A stretch of DNA of 64,000 nucleotides from Sedimentisphaerales bacterium (GTDB lineage Bacteria > Planctomycetota > Phycisphaerae > Sedimentisphaerales > SM23-30): the NCBI GenBank assembly GCA_963666285.1, contig OY762711.1; one strand, written 5' to 3'. The notes under the pieces were generated by a model. That model saw only the letters and a program-made list of their open reading frames with translations. It was not told the origin of the DNA and did no database searches. Shown piece after piece: positions 7,963 through 17,569 of the stretch. The position numbers were made by a program, and so were the translations under genes. Each line of letters starts with the position of its first letter. Within the stretch, counting starts at the first letter, position 1.

Positions 7963-10900
7963 TTATTGCAGAGATTCCTTGATTTTAGCCAGTTCATCAT
8001 CAAAAAAGGCCAGCACATCCAGCAAATCTTCCTCATTTTCACTATATTCAGGGGTGTCCTTACTGATTTCCAGCATTTCCTCGACACAAGACTGTAAATA
8101 TCGAATATCCCTGACAGTTTGGATAATCTCGGCAGTTGACATACTGTCATACATGCTGGAATCATCCTCCGTCGTATCTTCTGTAAGCAAAAGTGTTGAA
8201 GCGGTTCTTGCCAGACTGTTAACCCCTACAGTATCGGTTGACAAAGTAGAAACTGAACTGCTTGACAACAAAGTAGCTGACTCAGTTGAAGCCGCTGTCG
8301 TTTCTGTTGCATTTGCAGCTTCATACCAGCAGGCAGTCCACAGCCAGTTACTACAGAACAATTCCAGATCAGCCATATCAATAATATACTGACTATCTCC
8401 GGTATCATCAATGTTACCGGCTCCATTCCAGCATTCAGTTGAGTTTGGATCAGCCCAGTTCGGGTCACTGTCCCATCTTGGATTATTCGGATCGAGACTT
8501 AACCAACCAGCGGCTATCGGCTGAAATTCTATCATATTGATTACACCATCAACATTTGTGTCCAAAGGATTGGAAATATCTTCCTCGGTGTATTCACCAC
8601 TGCATGAGTAAACCTCGTCAGCTCCCATATCAACATAAGCACCTTCTACCCGACTTTCATTATCGTAGTCGGTCTGGTCAGTATCATATATTAAATTTGG
8701 ATTTCCTTTATTAATACAAATCGAATCGAACGCAATATGATAGTTGCAGGGATCAGGTTCACCGGTTGGGTCAACCTCATAGGCAAACATTGGAATATCA
8801 TTGATATTGTTCCTGTTATTGTTCGCATCACAACCTTGAATGCAACAATAAGAAGCAACAGAGTCAACATTCATGCCACTTATTTGGTTTTCGTAAACTC
8901 CATTATTTTTATGATTGAAGTATATAATGCAGCTATCTAAATCTGGATAATCCATAGTAAAGTTATTCGGATCGTTAGGATCAGGTACAACAGCCAAGTC
9001 TGTAAACTGTATTCCAAAAGATTTGTTGTTTGCGACAGTGCAATTTTGCATAATTGGTGTGGATGCCGGGTTTTTAATATAAACACCAGCACGACCTTCA
9101 TTAGACATATCACTTTCACTAACAATTGAACTTACAATTGTCGGTGTGGTATATAGACAATATATACCATGATAATTATTTCTCATAACCCAGGAATTAT
9201 AGACATACAGATTGTTTCCAATACTTTCGTGGTGAATACCATCGGTATCATTATTTCTTATCGTACATGATTTAATAGTAACATCACCATATTCGGAATA
9301 AACACCATAGCCAATACTATTTTCTATAATACAGTTTTTTAATGAAAAATAATTTCCATACACATCATAATCATAACCATCAGTTACGGTAACTCCTTCT
9401 AGTACCGCTTCATACCCCATGTTTACAACAGAATAGGCAATTCCATTTTCGACCAAACCACTTAAAACAGACTTATATTTCTTCGGATTTCTATCATCAA
9501 AACCACATCCTTTGACAGGGAAACCGCCGTAAACCGCTGTTCCATCTGGCAGATCAAAACTATCGGAAACACCTGTGCCAGGAAGATAAGTTCCCTGTGC
9601 TACATAAATTGTATATTGACCGGCACAGGTTGATTCCATTGCCCGTTCCAGTGCCATTTTAAGACCATATTCGGTATTATATGCGTCAGACCAGGAATTT
9701 CCAGTACAAGCTCCAACTGCATTCTCAGAAACATACAGAACCGCTGAATTATCCCAGCAGCATACCGGCATTGAGTCAGTTGTATCTTCCAATAATACAT
9801 CTTCACATACTGTTGTTGCAGCATCTGGATTATTTGGGTCATTTGGGTCTGGTATAACTGTACAAACTGTCTGGAACAGTTCTGCATTATTAATCAGTTG
9901 CATTCCAGAAACAGAATTTTCATTAACTGTAAAAGTAAAGGTTTTACAGCTTTGCTCACCAGGTGCTATAGTTCCAGACTCATCAGAACCAATGTAATAC
10001 GAAATAGTATGACTTTCCTCATCATATCCAGGATCAATCTGATATGGGTTCAAATCTTCATCAATTAGCCACTGACCATCAGGATAAGTAAAACCATTAT
10101 CCAAATGTAAAACAACATAAACATTCTCATAAGTGTCTGGCATGTCATTTGTAACACAGACGGTTACTGTAGCTTCATCATCAGGACTCAGACATGCATC
10201 GGTCGGTGTATGAGTAATATCTATTAACAATGTTCCGGTCTCACATTCAGCCAATGCAGGTTCACTCCTACTGGTTGTATCGCCAACACCAAGCTGACCA
10301 GCAGAATTGACGCTACCAAAGCCCCATACACCTCCATAAGCATCAACAGTAAGTGCAAATTCATAATAACCGGCATCAGCCGCTATGATATTTTCAAGAT
10401 AGCCTGATTCAGTATTCATTTCACCATCAGTAATTTTGTATGGAGTTGCGCCGTTTGTCCATTTCCAGAGATATCCATCAGAATCCAGAGCAAGATAATA
10501 AGTATGCCCTGACGAGACATCGACAATGTTTTCCAGGCCGGAAACCAGAGAAGGAGTACCACCTCCCCAACACCAGACATGACCTGATGTATCAACTGCC
10601 AGCGAATAATCACAGGTTGCTATAGCAGTTATATTTTCCAAATAACCGCTGCCGTTTGAATTTGGAACCAGTTTTGCTTTATTTGAGCTGTTGTTACTGC
10701 CAAATTCCCATACTCTTCCATCAGATGCCAGAACCAGTGAATGATGCACACCGGCATTAACTGCTATAATGCCACTCAAATTCGTATCTGATTCAGTGAT
10801 TACTCTAACTGGAACTTGTGGATTTGTGTTAGTGCCATTACCACATTGACCGTAACCATTAAACCCCCAAGCATAAACATAACCATTCTCATCAAGTGCC

Positions 10901-11355
10901 AGAGAATGTTCACCGCTGCGACCGGCTGAAACAAAAACTATATTCTGAAGATGGCCGCTGCCATAAAGACCAAGCACTTTTTGCGGATATTCAGAGTTAC
11001 CATTAGAACCGTTTCCAAGCTGACCGCAAGAATCTGTTCCCCAGGCCCACACATTTCCAGAACTGTCACAAGCAAGTGAATGTTTCCATCCTGCATCAAA
11101 ACCAACAATATCAGACAGGTAATCTTCTCCGTTTTCGCCTTTAACCTGTATTGGGGTTGGACTGCTGCTTGTTGAACTACCAACACCAAGAGCCTGTAAT
11201 CCATTACTACCACATGCCCACAAAGAACCATTATTTGTTAAAATAAGGGAATGATCTTCTCCACAGGAAACATCTACCGCATGACGACATTCACCAAAAG
11301 AATAACCAGTCATAATAAACAACATTAACAAACACCATCGAAACAACTTTTTCAT
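7963..11355 (-). CDS. Large secreted protein: RCC1/BLIP-II repeats, DUF11-like domain, right-handed beta-helix, dockerin-like tail
   Basis: Repeats such as AGWKHSLA..SGNVWAWG...GQLG; IYVAQGTYLPG..YGGF; DTNVDGVINMIEF..IAAGWL; DPNDPN motifs. Confidence 0.85.
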   Translation of the reverse strand: MKKLFRWCLLMLFIMTGYSFGECRHAVDVSCGEDHSLILTNNGSLWACGSNGLQALGVGSSTSSSPTPIQVKGENGEDYLSDIVGFDAGWKHSLACDSSGNVWAWGTDSCGQLGNGSNGNSEYPQKVLGLYGSGHLQNIVFVSAGRSGEHSLALDENGYVYAWGFNGYGQCGNGTNTNPQVPVRVITESDTNLSGIIAVNAGVHHSLVLASDGRVWEFGSNNSSNKAKLVPNSNGSGYLENITAIATCDYSLAVDTSGHVWCWGGGTPSLVSGLENIVDVSSGHTYYLALDSDGYLWKWTNGATPYKITDGEMNTESGYLENIIAADAGYYEFALTVDAYGGVWGFGSVNSAGQLGVGDTTSRSEPALAECETGTLLIDITHTPTDACLSPDDEATVTVCVTNDMPDTYENVYVVLHLDNGFTYPDGQWLIDEDLNPYQIDPGYDEESHTISYYIGSDESGTIAPGEQSCKTFTFTVNENSVSGMQLINNAELFQTVCTVIPDPNDPNNPDAATTVCEDVLLEDTTDSMPVCCWDNSAVLYVSENAVGACTGNSWSDAYNTEYGLKMALERAMESTCAGQYTIYVAQGTYLPGTGVSDSFDLPDGTAVYGGFPVKGCGFDDRNPKKYKSVLSGLVENGIAYSVVNMGYEAVLEGVTVTDGYDYDVYGNYFSLKNCIIENSIGYGVYSEYGDVTIKSCTIRNNDTDGIHHESIGNNLYVYNSWVMRNNYHGIYCLYTTPTIVSSIVSESDMSNEGRAGVYIKNPASTPIMQNCTVANNKSFGIQFTDLAVVPDPNDPNNFTMDYPDLDSCIIYFNHKNNGVYENQISGMNVDSVASYCCIQGCDANNNRNNINDIPMFAYEVDPTGEPDPCNYHIAFDSICINKGNPNLIYDTDQTDYDNESRVEGAYVDMGADEVYSCSGEYTEEDISNPLDTNVDGVINMIEFQPIAAGWLSLDPNNPRWDSDPNWADPNSTECWNGAGNIDDTGDSQYIIDMADLELFCSNWLWTACWYEAANATETTAASTESATLLSSSSVSTLSTDTVGVNSLARTASTLLLTEDTTEDDSSMYDSMSTAEIIQTVRDIRYLQSCVEEMLEISKDTPEYSENEEDLLDVLAFFDDELAKIKESLQ

Positions 11356-11450
11356 AAATAGCTCCTCTCAAAAAGGATGTAGAATATACTATCGGAACCC
11401 ATTATCCCGACTTTTTCCCATTTTTATATCTTCCTATTCATGTGCCCACA

Positions 11451-11583
11451 AAAAAAGGGCACTACCCACACATAACATTGAGGTATCCGGCAAGGAACCC
11501 GAAAAGAATGTGTAAAGCAGTACCCATAGACGGGTACTGTGCTTTTTTCACGTCTTTTCTTAAACTTGCCGGTTTCAATGTTA
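11451..11583 (-). promoter_or_regulatory. Attenuator-like leader C, upstream of the RCC1 gene
   Basis: Terminator GGGUACUGCUUUACACAU/AUGUGUGGGUAGUGCCC-U6; competing hairpin CAGUACCCG-UCUA-UGGGUACUG; bipartite 9+8 bp pairing of the terminator loop with the 5' end. Confidence 0.65.
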
Positions 11584-12032
11584 GTGATAAAAGTTCAGCG
11601 ATTTTGTAATATTCAGTTGTCTTAAAAAACTGGTACAAGACGGAAATTCTGACTTATACCGATTGTATATTGCCTTTGGTCCTTTGTTAAATAACTTCAA
11701 AAATCCTTTTTTCAAATTTCAACTCACCTTCTGATTTACCTGATTTAGTATTATGGAAACTACTTGCGCACAGAATACGTGCTGGAAATCAGGCAATCCA
11801 ACCAGACTTAATAATATCAAAACCACATCTCCAATAGCAAGAAAAAAAAATAAAAACTCACGTTTTTGTATTTTCTCATTCAATCAAAGAAACATAACCA
11901 ACAGCATTGATAATAATAAAGACTGCCCACAATAATTTAATTTCCGTTTTCGCCACCTCATTTACACAGAACGAAAAACAAAACAATTATATTTGTGGCA
12001 TACCGACCAGAGTTAATTGTTTGATTATAAAC

Positions 12033-12207
12033 AAAAAACAGAGACTACCGAAGGCGCTACGCCACTATGTCCGATTGAGGCCAGCAATAGCCTTGAAGAA
12101 ACATAAAGCATAGCACCCCCAGTCACCTCTGTTATTATTTAAAAAAGGTTTCTGAGAGTGCGTTTTGCTGATGCCTCTTCAGTAATGAAATTGCTGTTCC
12201 AATCGGA
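12033..12207 (-). promoter_or_regulatory. Attenuator-like leader D
   Basis: ~26-bp G-U-rich stem 12108-12133 / 12037-12062 plus U tract; bipartite 8+7 bp pairing of the loop (12070-12088) with 12190-12207. Confidence 0.6.
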
Positions 12208-12288
12208 AGCATCCAAAACGATTCTACAAAATTTAAGTATTGATTATATCATTGCCTAATTCTATATTGCAACACTTTTCCTTAAAAA

Positions 12289-12597
12289 TTATTCATCGAA
12301 ACCCAATTCACTATCTGAACGATAGTAATTTGTTGCCTTTCTTGAATATATACTGCGAATCTCAGGCCAGCGTCTTATCGTAGAATAATCAACGTTAATA
12401 ACATTAGCCAACTCTTTCATCGATATTTCATTTGAAATAGCAAGGGTGACGGCTAACTGCTTTTTTGTAACGCCGACGATTTTACACAGGTCTTCGACAT
12501 AATCATCTTTGACACCAAGAACCTCGTAAAGTTCAAATAAACATTTTCTATGCCTTAGTATCATCTCTGTTACGCTTTTTTTGGAAATACTTAACAT
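12289..12597 (-). CDS. Helix-turn-helix DNA-binding protein
   Basis: ISMKELANVINVDYSTIRRW. Confidence 0.7.
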   Translation of the reverse strand: MLSISKKSVTEMILRHRKCLFELYEVLGVKDDYVEDLCKIVGVTKKQLAVTLAISNEISMKELANVINVDYSTIRRWPEIRSIYSRKATNYYRSDSELGFDE

Positions 12598-12773
12598 CTA
12601 TCACCTCTTTCTAAAAGCAAGGCTATTTGAAGAGGCGTAATTTTTCTTGTCATTCCAAAGCCTACACTATATATTGTAGGCTTTGACGGTTTCTGTATTC
12701 CTCTTAACATAAATTTAACAAAAAGTATAGGTGTTACCATACTTAATATGGTATAATTAGATTGTGTTGGCAT
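12591..12773 (-). CDS. Small hypothetical protein
   Basis: Strong RBS (GAAGGAG) before the ATG; 3' end overlaps the HTH gene. Confidence 0.45.
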   Translation of the reverse strand: MPTQSNYTILSMVTPILFVKFMLRGIQKPSKPTIYSVGFGMTRKITPLQIALLLERGDRC

Positions 12774-13344
12774 TTTACTCCTTCTATTTTCGGATGTGGG
12801 TGTAATTTGTCATAACATAGGCTCGCAAAGTGTCCGCTTTGCGGGCCGCTTTTATAAATGGGTGGGGATTTGGCGTGACTAACTCATAATTGGCCTCCTT
12901 TCCTTTTAGCGTTATTTATCATCCTTGTCTCTCTCAATTACTTACCTTATAAGGCTTTGATAGTAAAAATATTCTTACTATACACATGAAACTATAACAT
13001 ACCTTAACTATCTTAACAAATACAGATATGTTAATTTTATGTTAATGATAATTTTAAATAGTGCTTTATATATTACCGACTTTTGGGGAAGGACACTCAA
13101 ATGACCTGGTACTAGTCAACACCCAAAATATATCACATGATGAACAGCAAAGCAAATAATTTGTTCGGTTTTTGTTCGGCTACAAAAACAAGATAAATGT
13201 AAATCAAAAACAAGAAATTATATATGCTCAACCAATAAGAACACACAAATTTACAAACCTTTATTTATGCCGAAAATATGCCGAAACAAATAGTAAAAAA
13301 ATACAAAAAATACCAGAAAACGAGTTAAGAAATTTAGAGATAGC

Positions 13345-13386
13345 AAAAAAATAAGTCGTTATAATACTTTTAATTATAACGACTTA
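13345..13386 (-). terminator. Inverted repeat / terminator just downstream of tRNA-Leu
   Basis: TAAGTCGTTATAAT...ATTATAACGACTTA, followed by a U run on the minus strand. Confidence 0.7.
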
Positions 13387-13394
13387 CAACTTAA

Positions 13395-13476
13395 TACGGG
13401 CGAAAGGAGTCGAACCTTCACACCTCTCGGTACCAGAACCTAAATCTGGCGCGTCTGCCAATTCCGCCACGCCCGC
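13395..13476 (-). tRNA. trnL: tRNA-Leu (anticodon TAG); CCA not encoded
   Basis: Minus strand: acceptor GCGGGCG/CGCCCGT-A; D-arm TGGCGGAATTGGCAGACGC; anticodon arm CCAGA-TTTAGGT-TCTGG; long variable arm; GGTTCGACTCC. Confidence 0.97.
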
Positions 13477-13719
13477 ATAAATCAATTGTCCTCGAAATAT
13501 GTCAAATAATTTCGAGATCAGTCATTATATATTTTGTAATAAGAATGTCAAGTAAATATCAATAGCAACTGTTTTTTTAAGTGAAACTTTCTGTTCAAGG
13601 CACATAAGTACTTTATTTTTAGAGTCTAATGATATTTTTATACTTTATGCTTTGCCCCAGAAGAATATATCGGGTATATTATCGATTATATTAGTTAATA
13701 TTATATGGAGCTTTAACTT

Positions 13720-14253
13720 ATGAATCTATTTGAACTTATAGAAAAAAGACATAGCTACCGCGGGCCTTTTGCTGATCAGGCTGTGCCTAAGGAAGATCTA
13801 AAAAAGATAGTTCAGGCAGGGCTTTTGGCACCATCAGGTAAAAATGGCCAGACTACCAGGTTTGTTATCATTGATGATCCGGTTATTATCGATAAAATTC
13901 GGGCGATGCATCCGACGAATAAGGCTATGCAGACAGCTAATGCCTATATAGCGTGTATAATCGATAAGCACCCAGAGCCAATTTATGAGGGTATGGCGTT
14001 TCAGATTGAGGATTGTGCCGCAGCTGTGGAAAACATGCTTTTAGCGATAACATCGCTTGGTTATGCGTCGGTATGGATTGATGGCTGGCTTCGGGTAGAA
14101 AATCGTGCCGCGATAATTGGCAATCTGCTGGAAGTTCCGGACAGTAAGATAATTAGAATTTTGCTACCGGTCGGCATGCCGGAAAAAGAGCATCATCAGC
14201 CGGAAAAGATGCCTTTTGAAGATCGTGCTTCATTTAATAAATTCGTGAAATAG
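13720..14253 (+). CDS. Nitroreductase family protein
   Basis: IEKRHSYR, LAPSGKNGQ, DCAAAVENMLLAITSLGYASVW. Confidence 0.92.
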   Translation: MNLFELIEKRHSYRGPFADQAVPKEDLKKIVQAGLLAPSGKNGQTTRFVIIDDPVIIDKIRAMHPTNKAMQTANAYIACIIDKHPEPIYEGMAFQIEDCAAAVENMLLAITSLGYASVWIDGWLRVENRAAIIGNLLEVPDSKIIRILLPVGMPEKEHHQPEKMPFEDRASFNKFVK

Positions 14254-14278
14254 AAATACTAATCCACCAAGGTGTATA

Positions 14279-14995
14279 ATGAGATTAACAAATTACGGAA
14301 AGCCTCAGACAACGGTAATAATTTCAATTGCAGTAATATTAGCTGCCTTAGCAGCCATTTTTTGTCCGAGGGGGGTAATGTCAGTAGGTACGATTCTGCT
14401 TGTTGCTATAGTGTTCCTGGCATTTTTCCGTGATCCAGAACGTAATGTTCCAACAGATAAGAATTTACTGCTATCGCCTGCAGACGGCAAGATAACAGAT
14501 ATTGTTGAGATTGAAGAGCATGAGTATTTTGACGGTCCTGTAACTCGCATAGGAATATTTTTGAGTGTATTGAATGTTCACATCAACCGGGCTCCATGTG
14601 CCGGTAGAGTTACCTGGAAATTTGAAAAGCCTGGATTATGTCTGAATGCGTTGAAGAGTGAACTGGCCAGTCAGAAAAACCAGTCCTGCTCGATCGGCAT
14701 GGAATGTCCGGATCATCCGGCGTCAAAGGTTGTAGTCAAGCAGATAACCGGAGCAATCGCCCGTCGTATCGTTTGTGATTGTGGTCAGGGCAGTGAACTG
14801 CTTGCCGGAGAGCGTTATGGAATGATTAAGTTTGGCAGTCGTACGGAATTGTTTTTTCCCAGGAATGATGCAGCTGAAATCCTGGTTCGCAAAGGTGATC
14901 CTGTAAAAGCAGGCGAGACCGTGATGGTGAAATATAGTCATGATATGGCTGAAGTAAGTGCTAAACTGAAAACAGAACCGGAAAATATGGATTAA
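14279..14995 (+). CDS. psd: Phosphatidylserine decarboxylase proenzyme
   Basis: FFRDPER, SPADG, FLSVLNVHINRAP, KFGSRTE cleavage motif. Confidence 0.95.
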   Translation: MRLTNYGKPQTTVIISIAVILAALAAIFCPRGVMSVGTILLVAIVFLAFFRDPERNVPTDKNLLLSPADGKITDIVEIEEHEYFDGPVTRIGIFLSVLNVHINRAPCAGRVTWKFEKPGLCLNALKSELASQKNQSCSIGMECPDHPASKVVVKQITGAIARRIVCDCGQGSELLAGERYGMIKFGSRTELFFPRNDAAEILVRKGDPVKAGETVMVKYSHDMAEVSAKLKTEPENMD

Positions 14996-17482
14996 ATGGC
15001 CAAAATCAGCAAAGTAGAGCAAGGGTTATTTGGCCCAATAGAACCGGATAAAAATGTTCGCGGGCAGACTGTGTTGTCATCAGAAGCAAGAATAGTGCGT
15101 GTTGTTCGAGCTGATGGCGGTGATAACAGTTATGATTACGCAGTACCGGAAGAGTTAGCAGATGATCTTGACCTTGGCCAGCGAGTGCAGGTGCCATTTG
15201 GCAAGGGTAATCGATGGCAGGTAGCATTTTGTATAGAATTCCCCGATTCAAGTCAGTTTGAAAAACTCAAATATATTCATTCTCTAATAGATGATTCTCC
15301 TCTTATAACTGAGGAATTGCTGGAGCTTGCTAAATGGATATCCCAGTATTATTGTTATCCATTAGGGCTGGTACTTTCTGCGATTGTTCCGGCGGCAGTA
15401 AAAAAACAGGCCGGTATGGTTAATAATCAGTATATAATTCCTACCGAAAAGTTATTAAATTGGTTTAGTGGTGATGCCGAAGCGCTTACTGATGGTGAGA
15501 CCGGCAAAAAAATTCGGATATCAGCCAAGGGAAAGCGAGCGCTTGAATATCTGAAATCGAACCCGTCAGAAAATAATGAATATAAGCTTAACCAGTTGGT
15601 ACATGCGTCCAACTGTAGCAAGCCGGTATTTCGTACACTGGGTAAATGCGGGCTTTTGGAGTTTGTTACTCGCCGGGAAATGCCATCTGACGAACTAATC
15701 AATTTACAGGAACAGTCTGATGAAGAATTGGATGAGCTTACCCCGCAAAACGGCAACTATGACAGCAGCCCGATATTTGATTTTGACGATGATGCAGATG
15801 TTGAGCCGGATGCAGATGTTGAGCCGGATGCAGAACCGGCATTTCAGCTAAACGAGGATCAGAAAAATGCGGTTGCCGCTATTTGTGACAAGATTGATAA
15901 TTCCGGTTTCAATGCTGTTTTGCTGCATGGTGTGACCGGTTCCGGTAAAACCGAAGTGTATATGGAATGTATACAGAAGGTGGTTGATCGAGATCAGCAG
16001 GCGATAGTTCTTGTCCCGGAAATTGCTCTTACGCCGCAAACAGAGCGTCGTTTTATCGAGCGGTTTGGTAACGTTTCGGTACTGCATTCCGGCATGACCG
16101 GTGTTAGACGGCATCAGCAATGGCGACAGATAGCAGAAGGTAAAGCAAATGTTATTGTAGGTGCCCGTTCGGCGGTTTTTGCCCCGGTGCCGAATCTTGG
16201 CCTGATTGTAGTAGATGAGGAACATGAGGGGAGTTATAAGCAGGATCAGTCACCGCGTTATCATGGCCGTGACGTAGCAATTAAACGAGCACATCAATCG
16301 AATATAACCATAATACTTGGTTCGGCAACGCCGTCGCTGGAGACATTGACAAATTGCGAGCGTCGTAATGGGTTCAGTTGTGTGACGCTGCCGAGGCGGG
16401 TTAAAGATTTACCGATGCCCAAGGTTCAGATTATCGATCTAAAAGAAGAGTTTAAGCAGGGCAGGCGAGACAATATTCTCAGTAAGCGACTGGAAAATGA
16501 GTTGCGTGCATGTATTGCTGCCGGTAAACAGGCTATATTGCTGCTGAATCGTCGCGGTCATAGCAACCTGTTGTATTGCCCATCATGTCAGTATGTGCAT
16601 AATTGCCCTAATTGTGATGTTTCACTAAGTGTTCATCGCCGCAAGAGTGCAGATCAGGTAGTGGGGCGGATGCTGTTATGTCACCATTGCCTGCATACGA
16701 CTAAGGTGCCGGATTGCTGCCCGGTATGCCAGAAGAAACTGATTACAATCGGGCCTGGTACTCAGTATGCCGAGGATCAGATAACCGATCAGTTAAATGG
16801 GCTGCGGCTGCAGCGTGTTGATAGTGATTCAATGAAGCCGGGTGATTATCGTCAGGTACTCAATAAATTCGGTAAAGGTGAGATTGATGTTTTGCTGGGT
16901 ACGCAGATGATTGCAAAGGGCCTGGATTTTCCAAATGTATCTCTTGTTGGCATACTAAATGCAGATACAGCTTTGTCTGTGCCGGATTATCGCAGCAGTG
17001 AAAGGACCTATCAACTTATCAGCCAGGTAGCGGGGCGCTGCGGCCGAGCAGATAATACCGGCAGGGTAATTCTGCAAACCTTTTTGCCGGATGAACCTGC
17101 TATTGCTTATGCCGCTCGCCATGATTTTAATGGTTTTGCCAGGCTGGAAAAACAGAATCGCAAACAGCTCGACATGCCGCCATATAGTCGGATGGCACGA
17201 ATTATTATGTCTGATCCTCTGCTGCAGACAGTTGAAGCAGAGGCTCAAAAAATCCGGATGATACTCGACCAGATTAATAACCAGCTACAGAATAAAATGG
17301 AGATTCGCGGACCGATGCCGGCAGCAATTGCCAGGCTGGAGAAATATCATCGATTTGAACTAATTATCAAGGCATCAGGCCCGGCCCCAATTCAGCAGAC
17401 ATTGTCAATGCTTCGTCAGGGGGCAATAGAGAACACCGCCTGTCGGATTGTTGTCGACGTTGATCCTATCAATATGATGTAA
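14996..17482 (+). CDS. priA: Primosomal protein N' (replication restart helicase)
   Basis: HGVTGSGKTEVY, VPEIALTPQ, VDEEH, four CxxC pairs, GTQMIAKGLDFP, DVDP. Confidence 0.97.
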   Translation: MAKISKVEQGLFGPIEPDKNVRGQTVLSSEARIVRVVRADGGDNSYDYAVPEELADDLDLGQRVQVPFGKGNRWQVAFCIEFPDSSQFEKLKYIHSLIDDSPLITEELLELAKWISQYYCYPLGLVLSAIVPAAVKKQAGMVNNQYIIPTEKLLNWFSGDAEALTDGETGKKIRISAKGKRALEYLKSNPSENNEYKLNQLVHASNCSKPVFRTLGKCGLLEFVTRREMPSDELINLQEQSDEELDELTPQNGNYDSSPIFDFDDDADVEPDADVEPDAEPAFQLNEDQKNAVAAICDKIDNSGFNAVLLHGVTGSGKTEVYMECIQKVVDRDQQAIVLVPEIALTPQTERRFIERFGNVSVLHSGMTGVRRHQQWRQIAEGKANVIVGARSAVFAPVPNLGLIVVDEEHEGSYKQDQSPRYHGRDVAIKRAHQSNITIILGSATPSLETLTNCERRNGFSCVTLPRRVKDLPMPKVQIIDLKEEFKQGRRDNILSKRLENELRACIAAGKQAILLLNRRGHSNLLYCPSCQYVHNCPNCDVSLSVHRRKSADQVVGRMLLCHHCLHTTKVPDCCPVCQKKLITIGPGTQYAEDQITDQLNGLRLQRVDSDSMKPGDYRQVLNKFGKGEIDVLLGTQMIAKGLDFPNVSLVGILNADTALSVPDYRSSERTYQLISQVAGRCGRADNTGRVILQTFLPDEPAIAYAARHDFNGFARLEKQNRKQLDMPPYSRMARIIMSDPLLQTVEAEAQKIRMILDQINNQLQNKMEIRGPMPAAIARLEKYHRFELIIKASGPAPIQQTLSMLRQGAIENTACRIVVDVDPINMM
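15791..15832 (+). repeat. 18-bp in-frame tandem duplication in priA (DADVEP x2 + DAEP)
   Basis: GATGCAGATGTTGAGCCG twice, then GATGCA. Confidence 0.85.
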
Positions 17483-17569
17483 TCAGGCTTTGTCAGGCAT
17501 GGAAGAAATATTACTATTCAAATCAGGCAATAATTATATGCTGATATTCAATTCTCGATCATTTAATTA

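Larger units (their letters stand above)
1..13394. mobile_element. Prophage / genomic island abutting the tRNA-Leu 3' end (partial)
   Basis: Phage recombination module and cargo, all on the minus strand, ending at the tRNA 3' end. Integrase and second att site are not visible in the window. Confidence 0.75.

Noticed and set aside
11700..11960. Decayed membrane-protein gene downstream of leader D (AIGDVVLILL resembles FVGDFVLVW in 6068-6361)
   Set aside because: Fragments lie in several frames with stops, and the similarity is too short to support a call.
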